Source: Elusimicrobiota bacterium | GTDB lineage: Bacteria > Elusimicrobiota > Elusimicrobia > 2-02-FULL-39-32 | Assembly: GCA_021730935.1 (NCBI GenBank) | Contig: JAKFYJ010000021.1 | Location: forward strand, 22,451 to 86,450 | Reading direction: 5' to 3' | Length of the DNA stretch: 64,000 bases | In this document: positions 57,080-64,000 of the stretch, piece by piece | How the letters are laid out: every line of letters begins with the position of its first letter | Numbering within the stretch: position 1 is the first letter of the stretch | Made by a program: the position numbers and the translations under genes | The notes under the pieces: model-generated | Seen by the model: the letters and a program-made list of their open reading frames with translations, nothing else | Database searches by the model: none | Told to the model about the DNA's origin: nothing

Positions 57080-57088
57080 TGGTAGAAT
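57080..57088 (+). promoter_or_regulatory. extended -10 promoter element TGGTAGAAT upstream of small ORF
   Basis: TGnTAGAAT lies about 33 nt upstream of ATG 57121, with an AGGAGG Shine-Dalgarno sequence 8 nt before the ATG. Confidence 0.4.
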
Positions 57089-57120
57089 GACTGACTCAAA
57101 ATAAATCAGGAGGCGCAAAA

Positions 57121-57282
57121 ATGGCCATCATTTCGGAGTCGGAATATAAAGGGAACCCCATGATCGTGATCAAGAACTCGGAAGAAGACAAATTTCCGTT
57201 TCAGTTTGGAGTGAAGAAGGCGAAGCTGGTGCTTGAGAATGTGGAAGCGATCAGGAAGTTTGTTGAGAAGTACGAGAAATAA
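57121..57282 (+). CDS. small (53-aa) hypothetical protein
   Basis: MAIISESEYKGNPMIVIKNSEEDKFPFQFGVKKAKLVLENVEAIRKFVEKYEK. Strong Shine-Dalgarno and extended -10. Below the 60-aa cutoff of the ORF track; overlaps the 3' end of the convergent ABC-F gene by about 30 nt. Confidence 0.4.
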   Translation: MAIISESEYKGNPMIVIKNSEEDKFPFQFGVKKAKLVLENVEAIRKFVEKYEK

Positions 57283-58738
57283 AATATTCGTAGTTGCCGG
57301 GATAAAAAGTGACCTTGCCGTGATGCACGTGCACGACGTGGCTGGCGAGAGCGTTCACAAAATATAGATCGTGGCTGATGAAGCAGAGCGTGCCCTCGAA
57401 TTCTTTCAGGGCCGAGATCAGGGCTTCCACGCTGTCCAGATCCAAATGGGTGGTGGGCTCGTCCATCAAAAGCACGTTGGGCGGGTCCAAAAGAATTTTC
57501 ACGAGGGAAAGCCGGCTTTTCTCTCCTCCGCTCAAAACCTTCACGGGCTTGAAAACCGTCTCCCCCTGAAATAAAAAGCTTCCCAAAATTGTCCTCACCG
57601 TCTGTTCCGAATGGTCCCTCGGCGTGTTGAGGGCTTCCTGAAGCACGGTCTTTTCCGGGTCCAGGGAATCGGCTCGGTGCTGGGAAAAATATCCCACCTT
57701 CACGTTCAGCCCCAAAATTCTTTCACCTTTGTCGAAGGGGATCGCGTCCGCCAGCATTTTTAAGAGCGTGGATTTGCCCGCGCCGTTGTGCCCCACGAAA
57801 GCCACTTTCCAGTTCCGCTCCAGCTCAAAGTTTAGATTTTCATAAACTTTGATTTTATCGTAAGACTTATAAATTCCCTTGAGGGCGATGGTTCGGACGC
57901 CCGTGCGCTGGGGCTGGGGGAATTTGATCTTCATCTTGCGGGCTTCTTCGGGGAGCTCGATCTTTTCCATCTTCTCAAGGCGTTTGATGGCGCTCTGGGC
58001 GCGGCTCGCGGTTGAAGCCCGTGCGCGGTTCCGGTTGATGAAATCTTCCATGTCAGAAATTTCTCTCTGCTGGGCGGCATAGGCCGTTTGGAGGCGCTCT
58101 TTTTCAGACGCTTTTTCCCTCAAATAATATTCGTAGTTGCCGTGATAAATTTTGAGTCTCTTCTCCTGCACGCTCACCACGGATTTGCAGACGGTGTTGA
58201 TGAAATTCCTGTCGTGCGAAATCAGGAATATGGATCCGCGGTAATTGAGCAGATAATTCTGGAACCAGAGCATGGATTCCAGATCGAGGTGGTTGGTGGG
58301 TTCGTCCAGCATAAGCAGGTTGGGCTCTTCCAAAAGGAGGCGCGCCATGGCGACCCGCATCGCCCATCCGCCAGAGAGCGTGTTCACTTTTCGCTCGAAA
58401 TCGGTGGTCTTGAACCCAAGCCCCATGAGGATGGATTTGGCTTTGGCGGCCATCTTTCCGTCCGGATCCGTTGTGTGAGCCAACGCTTCTTCAACGACGC
58501 TCAGCTCCGACATCGGCGCGTTTTCCTGGGGCAGATATCCGGTGGTGATGCCGCGCTTGAATTGGATTTCGCCGGAATCCGGGAAATCTTCGCTGAGAAG
58601 CATTTTGAAAAGCGTGGATTTTCCCGCGCCGTTGGGGCCCACCAAAGCGAAACGATCTCCGGAATTGATCTGGAGGTTGGCTCCTTCAAAAAGCGTCTGG
58701 AGCCCAAAGGACTTGTGAACTTCACGAATAGTTATCAT
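57251..58738 (-). CDS. ABC-F family ATPase (tandem ABC domains, no transmembrane domain)
   Basis: Two Walker A motifs (GPNGAGKST, GHNGAGKST) and two LSGG signature motifs. Confidence 0.85.
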   Translation of the reverse strand: MITIREVHKSFGLQTLFEGANLQINSGDRFALVGPNGAGKSTLFKMLLSEDFPDSGEIQFKRGITTGYLPQENAPMSELSVVEEALAHTTDPDGKMAAKAKSILMGLGFKTTDFERKVNTLSGGWAMRVAMARLLLEEPNLLMLDEPTNHLDLESMLWFQNYLLNYRGSIFLISHDRNFINTVCKSVVSVQEKRLKIYHGNYEYYLREKASEKERLQTAYAAQQREISDMEDFINRNRARASTASRAQSAIKRLEKMEKIELPEEARKMKIKFPQPQRTGVRTIALKGIYKSYDKIKVYENLNFELERNWKVAFVGHNGAGKSTLLKMLADAIPFDKGERILGLNVKVGYFSQHRADSLDPEKTVLQEALNTPRDHSEQTVRTILGSFLFQGETVFKPVKVLSGGEKSRLSLVKILLDPPNVLLMDEPTTHLDLDSVEALISALKEFEGTLCFISHDLYFVNALASHVVHVHHGKVTFYPGNYEYFISRTSQQTS

Positions 58739-58770
58739 ATGGAGCCGTAAATCTTATAAAATTAAAGAAC

Positions 58771-60363
58771 ATGAAGCCACACACAGGACCCAGGCCCAAC
58801 TTCGCGAGCATCCTGGAGAACGCTCTCGGAAGCAAGAAAACTTTGGAATGTCAGGTCACTTTGCATTTGGGGCCCGCCAATTCCGGCAAGACCTATGATT
58901 CCGTCCAGGCCCTGAAATTTTCTTCCAGCGGGGTTTATCTGGCGCCTCTCCGTTTGCTCGCCTGGGAAGTGGCGGACAAACTCAAAAGCGAAGGACACCT
59001 CTGCTCGCTTTTGACCGGCGAAGAAAAACTCATGATCCCGGACGCGCCGTTTTTATCCTCGACGGTGGAAATGTTCAACCCTGACAATTATGCCGAGTGC
59101 ATCATCCTCGACGAAGCTCAAATGATCGCGGACGATCAAAGGGGCTGGGCCTGGATGCGGGTGCTGGCGCAAGCTCAAGCCAAACGGTTGGAAATCATCG
59201 CTTCGCCGGACGCGGAAAAATTGCTCCTCAAGATTCTGCATAAACTTGGATACACCGTAAAAGTCGCGAGGCACGAGCGGCTGGCGCCTCTCACGGTGGC
59301 TGACAAACCCTGGCGGATCGATCGGCCCGAAGAGCACACCATTTTTGTTTCCTTCAGCCGGGGCGGCGTCCTGAGTCTAAAAACATTTTTTGAAAGAAGA
59401 GGATGGTCGGTTGCCGCGATTTATGGAAACCTGCCTCCGGAAGTGAAACGCAAGCAGGCGGAACGGTTTTTGAGCGGCGAGGCCAAACTCTGTGTCGCCA
59501 CAGACGCCATCGGCATGGGCATGAATTTGCCCGCGTCCAAAGTTTGTTTTACGTCGATGTCGAAATATGACGGGCAAAGCCAGAGAGATTTGACCCCGGC
59601 GGAAGCGCGCCAGATCGCGGGCCGGGCGGGCCGTTTCGGCGTGAAAGAGTCCGGAGAGGCCGGAGCTCTCACCCGCGAAGATGTTGAGCTTCTGAGGGTT
59701 TTGCTCCAAGTGAAACCTGCAGATTTGGAATACGCGAGAATTTCTCCCGAACTTGAAGACCTCGCTCATTTGCGCGGCCCCCTGTCCCATCGCCTGGAAG
59801 TCTGGGAAAAACAGAAGGCAATTCCGGAAGGATTGAAAGACGTTATCCTGCCGTCTGATTTGGAACACCAAAAAACTTTGGCCGCTCTCATGAAGGAAAA
59901 GGATGTCGAACAGCTCGGGCTGGACGCCGCGTTCACGCTCATCAAGGCCCCGGCCAGCAGAGAAACATTCGGATATTGGTGGGCCTGCGTGCAAAGCATA
60001 TTGTCGGGGAAACCCTTCCCAGTCCCCGTTGCCCTTGCGCACGGGCAGGCCATCCGGAGCGACGATCCTCTTTTAAATTCGGAAAATGTTGTCGGCCAAT
60101 GCGATGTTTATCTTTGGCTCAGCAACCGCGCGGAACTTGCGCAGTTCGGAAAGGAAAAAGAAAAAGTTTTGGAATATAAGTGGAAACTGATCGAACACAT
60201 CGACGCGACCCTGGCATCCCAAAGCGACATGAGCCGCAAATGCAGAAAATGTTTCAGGAAACTCCCCGCCGTCCACGATTTCGGCGTCTGCCAAAACTGT
60301 TTCCAGCAAGGCCGCCGCAGGCACTTCGCCCGCCCCAAACATAAAAAATTTCGCTTTCGTTAA
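58771..60363 (+). CDS. SUV3-like DExH-box ATP-dependent RNA helicase with C-terminal CxxC-CxxC zinc ribbon
   Basis: GPANSGKTY (motif I), LAPLRLLAWEV (motif Ia), DEAQMIAD (motif II) and a helicase C-terminal domain. Tail has CRKC...CQNC. Confidence 0.7.
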   Translation: MKPHTGPRPNFASILENALGSKKTLECQVTLHLGPANSGKTYDSVQALKFSSSGVYLAPLRLLAWEVADKLKSEGHLCSLLTGEEKLMIPDAPFLSSTVEMFNPDNYAECIILDEAQMIADDQRGWAWMRVLAQAQAKRLEIIASPDAEKLLLKILHKLGYTVKVARHERLAPLTVADKPWRIDRPEEHTIFVSFSRGGVLSLKTFFERRGWSVAAIYGNLPPEVKRKQAERFLSGEAKLCVATDAIGMGMNLPASKVCFTSMSKYDGQSQRDLTPAEARQIAGRAGRFGVKESGEAGALTREDVELLRVLLQVKPADLEYARISPELEDLAHLRGPLSHRLEVWEKQKAIPEGLKDVILPSDLEHQKTLAALMKEKDVEQLGLDAAFTLIKAPASRETFGYWWACVQSILSGKPFPVPVALAHGQAIRSDDPLLNSENVVGQCDVYLWLSNRAELAQFGKEKEKVLEYKWKLIEHIDATLASQSDMSRKCRKCFRKLPAVHDFGVCQNCFQQGRRRHFARPKHKKFRFR

Positions 60364-60806
60364 AAAAGGCCGCTCAGAAAAGTTTTGATCATCTTCCACT
60401 TGAAGAGGATGATCATCGCGGCGACATAGGCGGGAATGGCATAGACTAAAAATTTGACGATTTTTTCCTGCGTCGAGCTCACTCCTGACCAGCTCATCCC
60501 GCTTCCCTCGCTCATGGCCCGCATCTTGATCAGTTCGTCCAGGTTGCTTTTGATGGCGTCTTGGTCTTTGTCATATCCCGAGCGGGTCACGCGGTCTTCA
60601 ATATTGATGGCGGGTTTCAGCTCGCTCAGCAGTTCATACGCTTCCTGAATCTTCTTAAACTTTTTTTCCGCGATCTGTTTGTCGATTTCGTCCTGGTGTT
60701 TGTCGGGGTGATGCTTGACGGCGAGTTCGCGATAGGCCTTGCGGATGTCGCTTTTGGAGGCGGCGGCGTCCAGCCCCAGGGCCTTGATGGCTTCGTCGAA
60801 GGTCAT
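60360..60806 (-). CDS. J-domain (DnaJ-like) protein with C-terminal membrane anchor
   Basis: HPD motif in ...YRELAVKHHPDKHQD and a C-terminal hydrophobic helix FLVYAIPAYVAAMIILF. Confidence 0.7.
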   Translation of the reverse strand: MTFDEAIKALGLDAAASKSDIRKAYRELAVKHHPDKHQDEIDKQIAEKKFKKIQEAYELLSELKPAINIEDRVTRSGYDKDQDAIKSNLDELIKMRAMSEGSGMSWSGVSSTQEKIVKFLVYAIPAYVAAMIILFKWKMIKTFLSGLF

Positions 60807-60864
60807 ATTTAATTGTAACGGGGGAACCCCTGATTTTCAAGGGTTATGTATAATGTTGTGTCCG

Positions 60865-62241
60865 ATGGCGAACCTGGGCGACAAGATAAACATAAGCATT
60901 GAAAAGCTCTCTCTGGGCGGGGACGGAATCTCGCGCACGGACGGGATGGTTGTCTTTACGCCTTATGTGGTTCCGGGAGAAGTCATTGAAGCCAGGATCG
61001 TGGACCAGCGCAAGACGTTCGCCCGGGCTGTCCCGACCAAGATCATCAAGAGCGGGACGGGTCGCGTCCTTCCGGAATGCGAGCATTTTTTTACGGTCTC
61101 TCACGGCAAATGGTGCGGCGGCTGTGATTATCAGCACCTGAAATATTCGGTTCAGCTTCAGGCCAAACTCGCGGCGTTCAAGGAAACTCTGGAGAAGATC
61201 GGGGGCCTCAAACCGGGGGTGAACGAACCTCTCGGCATGGCTCCCGGGGAAGAGTGGCGATACCGCAACAAGATGCAGGCGCCTTTCGCGATGCTGGGCG
61301 GGAAAGTGGTGGCGGGGTTTTATTCGCCCGGCAGTCACGACATCGTTCCCCTCAAAGATTGCCTGATCCATTCCGAGTCCATGGTTTCCGTCCTGCATGG
61401 CGTTTTGAAGCGCATGAATGACTGGAAGATGGAACCCTATTCCGAAAAGAGCCGAAAAGGCTGGCTCCGCCATCTGGTCTTGCGCGAAGAGCTCTCAAGC
61501 GGGAAGATCCTGGTCACGTTCGTGACTGCGTCGGAATTTTTGCCCAAAAAAGACATTTGGGTCTCCGAGCTCAGAAAAGAATTTCCAAAAATCGCAGGCA
61601 TCTGCCAGAACATCAACCCTGAGAAAACCAACGTCATCCTGGGGCGGAAATGGCGGTGCCTCTCAGGCCGGGATTTTCTGACGGAGAATGTCTGCGGCGC
61701 GCGCCTGAAAGTTTCCGCGAGCTCTTTTTTTCAGGTGAACACAAAAATGGCTGAGCGTCTTTATGGTTTGGTCCGGGACTGGGCGGGCCTTGGAAAAATT
61801 TTGCTGGACCTTTATTGCGGCGTGGGCGGCATCGGGCTTCTGTGCGCTCCGTTCTTCGAGCAGGTTTTTGGAGCCGACGAAGTCCCTTCCTCCATCAACG
61901 ACGCGATCGAAAACGCGAAAATAAACAAAGCGTCCAACTGCAAATTTTATCTGAAAGACACGCGCGATTTTCTGAAAGACCTGCGCCGGACCGCCTTTGA
62001 TCCCGAGATGGTCGTGGTTCTTGATCCGCCCCGCGCGGGCTGTTCGCCGGAAGTGTTGACGCATCTGTCCAAACTCGCGCCCTTGAAAATCATTTATGTT
62101 TCCTGCGACCCCGGAACGCTCGCGCGGGACCTGAAAATTTTATGCGCGGATAAATATTCAGTCGAAAAAGTACAGCCTGTGGATCTTTTTCCCCAATCCT
62201 CCCACCTGGAGTCCGTGACGCTCCTCAAGCGGATTCGATAG
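60865..62241 (+). CDS. rlmD: 23S rRNA (uracil-5-)-methyltransferase RlmD/RumA (TRAM + [4Fe-4S] + SAM MTase)
   Basis: TRAM domain, Cys cluster CEHF...C..CGGCDYQH and a SAM fold LDLYCGVGGIG. ATG 60865 is preferred because ATG 60853 lies inside a TGTATAAT extended -10. Confidence 0.8.
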   Translation: MANLGDKINISIEKLSLGGDGISRTDGMVVFTPYVVPGEVIEARIVDQRKTFARAVPTKIIKSGTGRVLPECEHFFTVSHGKWCGGCDYQHLKYSVQLQAKLAAFKETLEKIGGLKPGVNEPLGMAPGEEWRYRNKMQAPFAMLGGKVVAGFYSPGSHDIVPLKDCLIHSESMVSVLHGVLKRMNDWKMEPYSEKSRKGWLRHLVLREELSSGKILVTFVTASEFLPKKDIWVSELRKEFPKIAGICQNINPEKTNVILGRKWRCLSGRDFLTENVCGARLKVSASSFFQVNTKMAERLYGLVRDWAGLGKILLDLYCGVGGIGLLCAPFFEQVFGADEVPSSINDAIENAKINKASNCKFYLKDTRDFLKDLRRTAFDPEMVVVLDPPRAGCSPEVLTHLSKLAPLKIIYVSCDPGTLARDLKILCADKYSVEKVQPVDLFPQSSHLESVTLLKRIR

Positions 62242-62255
62242 TCCCGGAAATTTTC

Positions 62256-64000
62256 GTGAACGCTTTCATCCGTCCCTGGCAAAAGTTCGACAGCCTCCTC
62301 GACCAGCTTGACCGGGAAAAAACAGTTCAGGTTTCCAATCAGTCCGGCCTTGTCTATTTAATTTTGCGCGCCGCTCTCAAAGGCCGTTCCGTGCTTGCGG
62401 TCTGTGAAGAAGAAAGCATGGACGCTCTGTGCGATGATTTCAGGGCTGTCTGCTCTCCGTTCGAGGTTTTCAAAGACTGGTCTGTGGGCGTGATGCCTTT
62501 TGAGTCCATCGCGGAAAAAAACGCGAGGTTTGAAGAAGCGGGCCATTCCAAAGGACTCGTGTGGTTCGCTTCCAGGCCGTCGGTCCTCGAACTTTCACTT
62601 TCCAGGTCCGAGTTTTCGGAAACCCGATTCCCTCTCAAGGTCGGGAAAAACGTGAATTATCATAAATTTGTGTCGCACTTGAGCGAACAGGGTTATGAGA
62701 GGACTCACGCCGTTGAAAGCGTGGGGGAATTTTCAGTGAGAGGCGAGATCCTGGATTTCTGGTCTCCCAATTATCCGTCTCCGGCCCGCCTCATCTTCAT
62801 GAACGATGTCGTGGAGTCTCTCCATTTTTTCGAGCCGGGCGAACAGCGGACCCTTGAATTCGCGGCCGAGCTCGTGCTCGTTCCCTGCCGATCTGCGGAT
62901 TCGAACACGACGATGCTGGATCACCTCCCGCCCTCTGCGATCCTTCTCGACGCTTCAGAGGCCTCGATTAAATCAAATTTTCCGACGATAGAAATCATCC
63001 CTTCCGGCCGGGATCTGGGCCTCTCGCCCGCCGCTCCCGTGAGGCTTCAATGGGACCTCTTTAAAAAAGAGATAATGCAAAATGTTGAGCGCGGCATTGC
63101 CGACATTGTTTTCTGCAGGAACCAGGGCGAAGCTCAGCGCCTCGAAGACCATCTCGAGGACTTGCGCCTCCGCAGACAAGACTGGCCCGCAGTTTTGATC
63201 GGACCTCTGAATAAAGGTTTTCAGGCGGAAGAGCCCCAAATATCGGTGTGGAGTTTCCGTGAAATGGTGGGCGGCCCTCCGCCTGCCAGGCGTCTCCCCA
63301 AATGGAAAAGCGGGAGCATCCTGGACTCGATCCTTGAAATATCCGAGGGCGATTTTATCGTTCACGAAAATTTCGGCATCGGGCGATATCGGGGCCTTGA
63401 GCGCATGAGCTTCAAGCGCGGGCTGGAAACGGAATTTTTAAACCTTGAATATCGCGGCGGCGACCGGCTTTATGTTCCCATCCAGGAATTCCGCATGGTT
63501 CAGAAATATGTCGGAGCGGAAGGCAAACGGCCGGCTCTCAACTCTCTGGACAGAGCGGCCTGGGAACGGATGAAAGACAAAGTGAGGCGCGAAGTGGCGG
63601 ACCTTGCCCGCGAACTCCTCAAAACGGCGGCCTCTCGCGAAGCGATCCGCCGCCCGACAGAAGGGTTGACTCTCGCAGACCGCCCCGTCGAACAAATGAT
63701 GCGGGAATTTGAAGAAGCGTTTCCTTATGAGGAGACGCCGGACCAGGAAGAAGCCATAAGAAAGGTCCTGTCTGATTTGCAGAGCGACAAGCTGATGGAC
63801 CACCTGGTCTGCGGGGATGTCGGATACGGCAAAACGGAAATCGCCATGCGGGCCGCGTTCCGCACCGTCTGCGATTCAAAACAGGTTGCGGTTCTCGTCC
63901 CGACCACCATTTTGGCTGAACAGCATTACAAAACTTTTTGCGCCCGTTTCGCGGATTTTCCCGTAAAAATCGGACTGCTTTCGCGGTTTCAGAACAAGGC
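62256..64000 (+). CDS. mfd: transcription-repair coupling factor Mfd, N-terminal part (continues past window end)
   Basis: GTG start, then UvrB-homology and RNAP-interacting regions ending in a DEAD-box-like motif I (CGDVGYGKTEIAMRAAF). No stop within the window. Confidence 0.85.
   Translation, partial: MNAFIRPWQKFDSLLDQLDREKTVQVSNQSGLVYLILRAALKGRSVLAVCEEESMDALCDDFRAVCSPFEVFKDWSVGVMPFESIAEKNARFEEAGHSKGLVWFASRPSVLELSLSRSEFSETRFPLKVGKNVNYHKFVSHLSEQGYERTHAVESVGEFSVRGEILDFWSPNYPSPARLIFMNDVVESLHFFEPGEQRTLEFAAELVLVPCRSADSNTTMLDHLPPSAILLDASEASIKSNFPTIEIIPSGRDLGLSPAAPVRLQWDLFKKEIMQNVERGIADIVFCRNQGEAQRLEDHLEDLRLRRQDWPAVLIGPLNKGFQAEEPQISVWSFREMVGGPPPARRLPKWKSGSILDSILEISEGDFIVHENFGIGRYRGLERMSFKRGLETEFLNLEYRGGDRLYVPIQEFRMVQKYVGAEGKRPALNSLDRAAWERMKDKVRREVADLARELLKTAASREAIRRPTEGLTLADRPVEQMMREFEEAFPYEETPDQEEAIRKVLSDLQSDKLMDHLVCGDVGYGKTEIAMRAAFRTVCDSKQVAVLVPTTILAEQHYKTFCARFADFPVKIGLLSRFQNK

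Noticed and set aside
1-64000. CRISPR arrays, IS/transposase, integrase, prophage, toxin-antitoxin or restriction-modification genes
   Set aside because: No regularly spaced repeats, no transposase, recombinase or reverse-transcriptase motifs and no additional tRNAs beyond tRNA-Asp were found on reading the sequence. The only candidate island signal is the GC dip over the giant GT gene, which lacks flanking repeats.

Overview
This 64-kb window is bacterial chromosomal DNA of roughly 57-60% GC, carrying about 55 protein genes and one tRNA-Asp. A T9SS-like C-terminal sorting domain plus a PorV-like gene suggest an FCB-type or candidate-phylum organism, but this is a low-confidence inference. 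Housekeeping content includes hemH-hemN, a Crp/Fnr regulator with an FprA-like reductase, and a long minus-strand run of livJ, lpd, lipA, gcvT, gcvH, gcvPA, gcvPB, a lipoate ligase-like gene and livH. The window also holds dus, maf, an ABC-F ATPase, rlmD, mfd, and a lipid-remodelling block with an alpha/beta hydrolase, a GT28 MGDG-synthase-like gene, App1-like phosphatidate phosphatase and a LplT-PlsC-acyl-ACP synthetase fusion. The standout is one uninterrupted 8661-nt ORF at 8275..16935 encoding a 2886-aa polytopic membrane protein. It chains a ChaN/Tiki-like domain, a GT-A GT2 domain, a second cellulose-synthase-like GT2 domain and a PMT/ArnT-like GT-C domain carrying a DExxY-type motif, followed by a large C-terminal region. 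Its GC content (~42-47%) is markedly lower than its flanks, consistent with horizontal acquisition. Directly downstream lies a translationally coupled operon of a secreted lamin-tail-domain protein with Ser/Thr/Pro-rich linkers and a por_Secre_tail/FlgD-Ig type C-terminal domain, a PorV-like beta-barrel fused to a ComEA-type helix-hairpin-helix domain, and a further outer-membrane barrel. Together these look like a candidate single-polypeptide surface glycoconjugate assembly and export system that appears undescribed. Other notable items are a Rho paralog with no N-terminal RNA-binding domain whose start codon sits back to back with dus, a duplicated 22-bp box preceding a TetR gene and its neighbouring giant membrane protein, an HI0933-family flavoprotein with no canonical start codon in front of its FAD motif, and a SUV3-like helicase.
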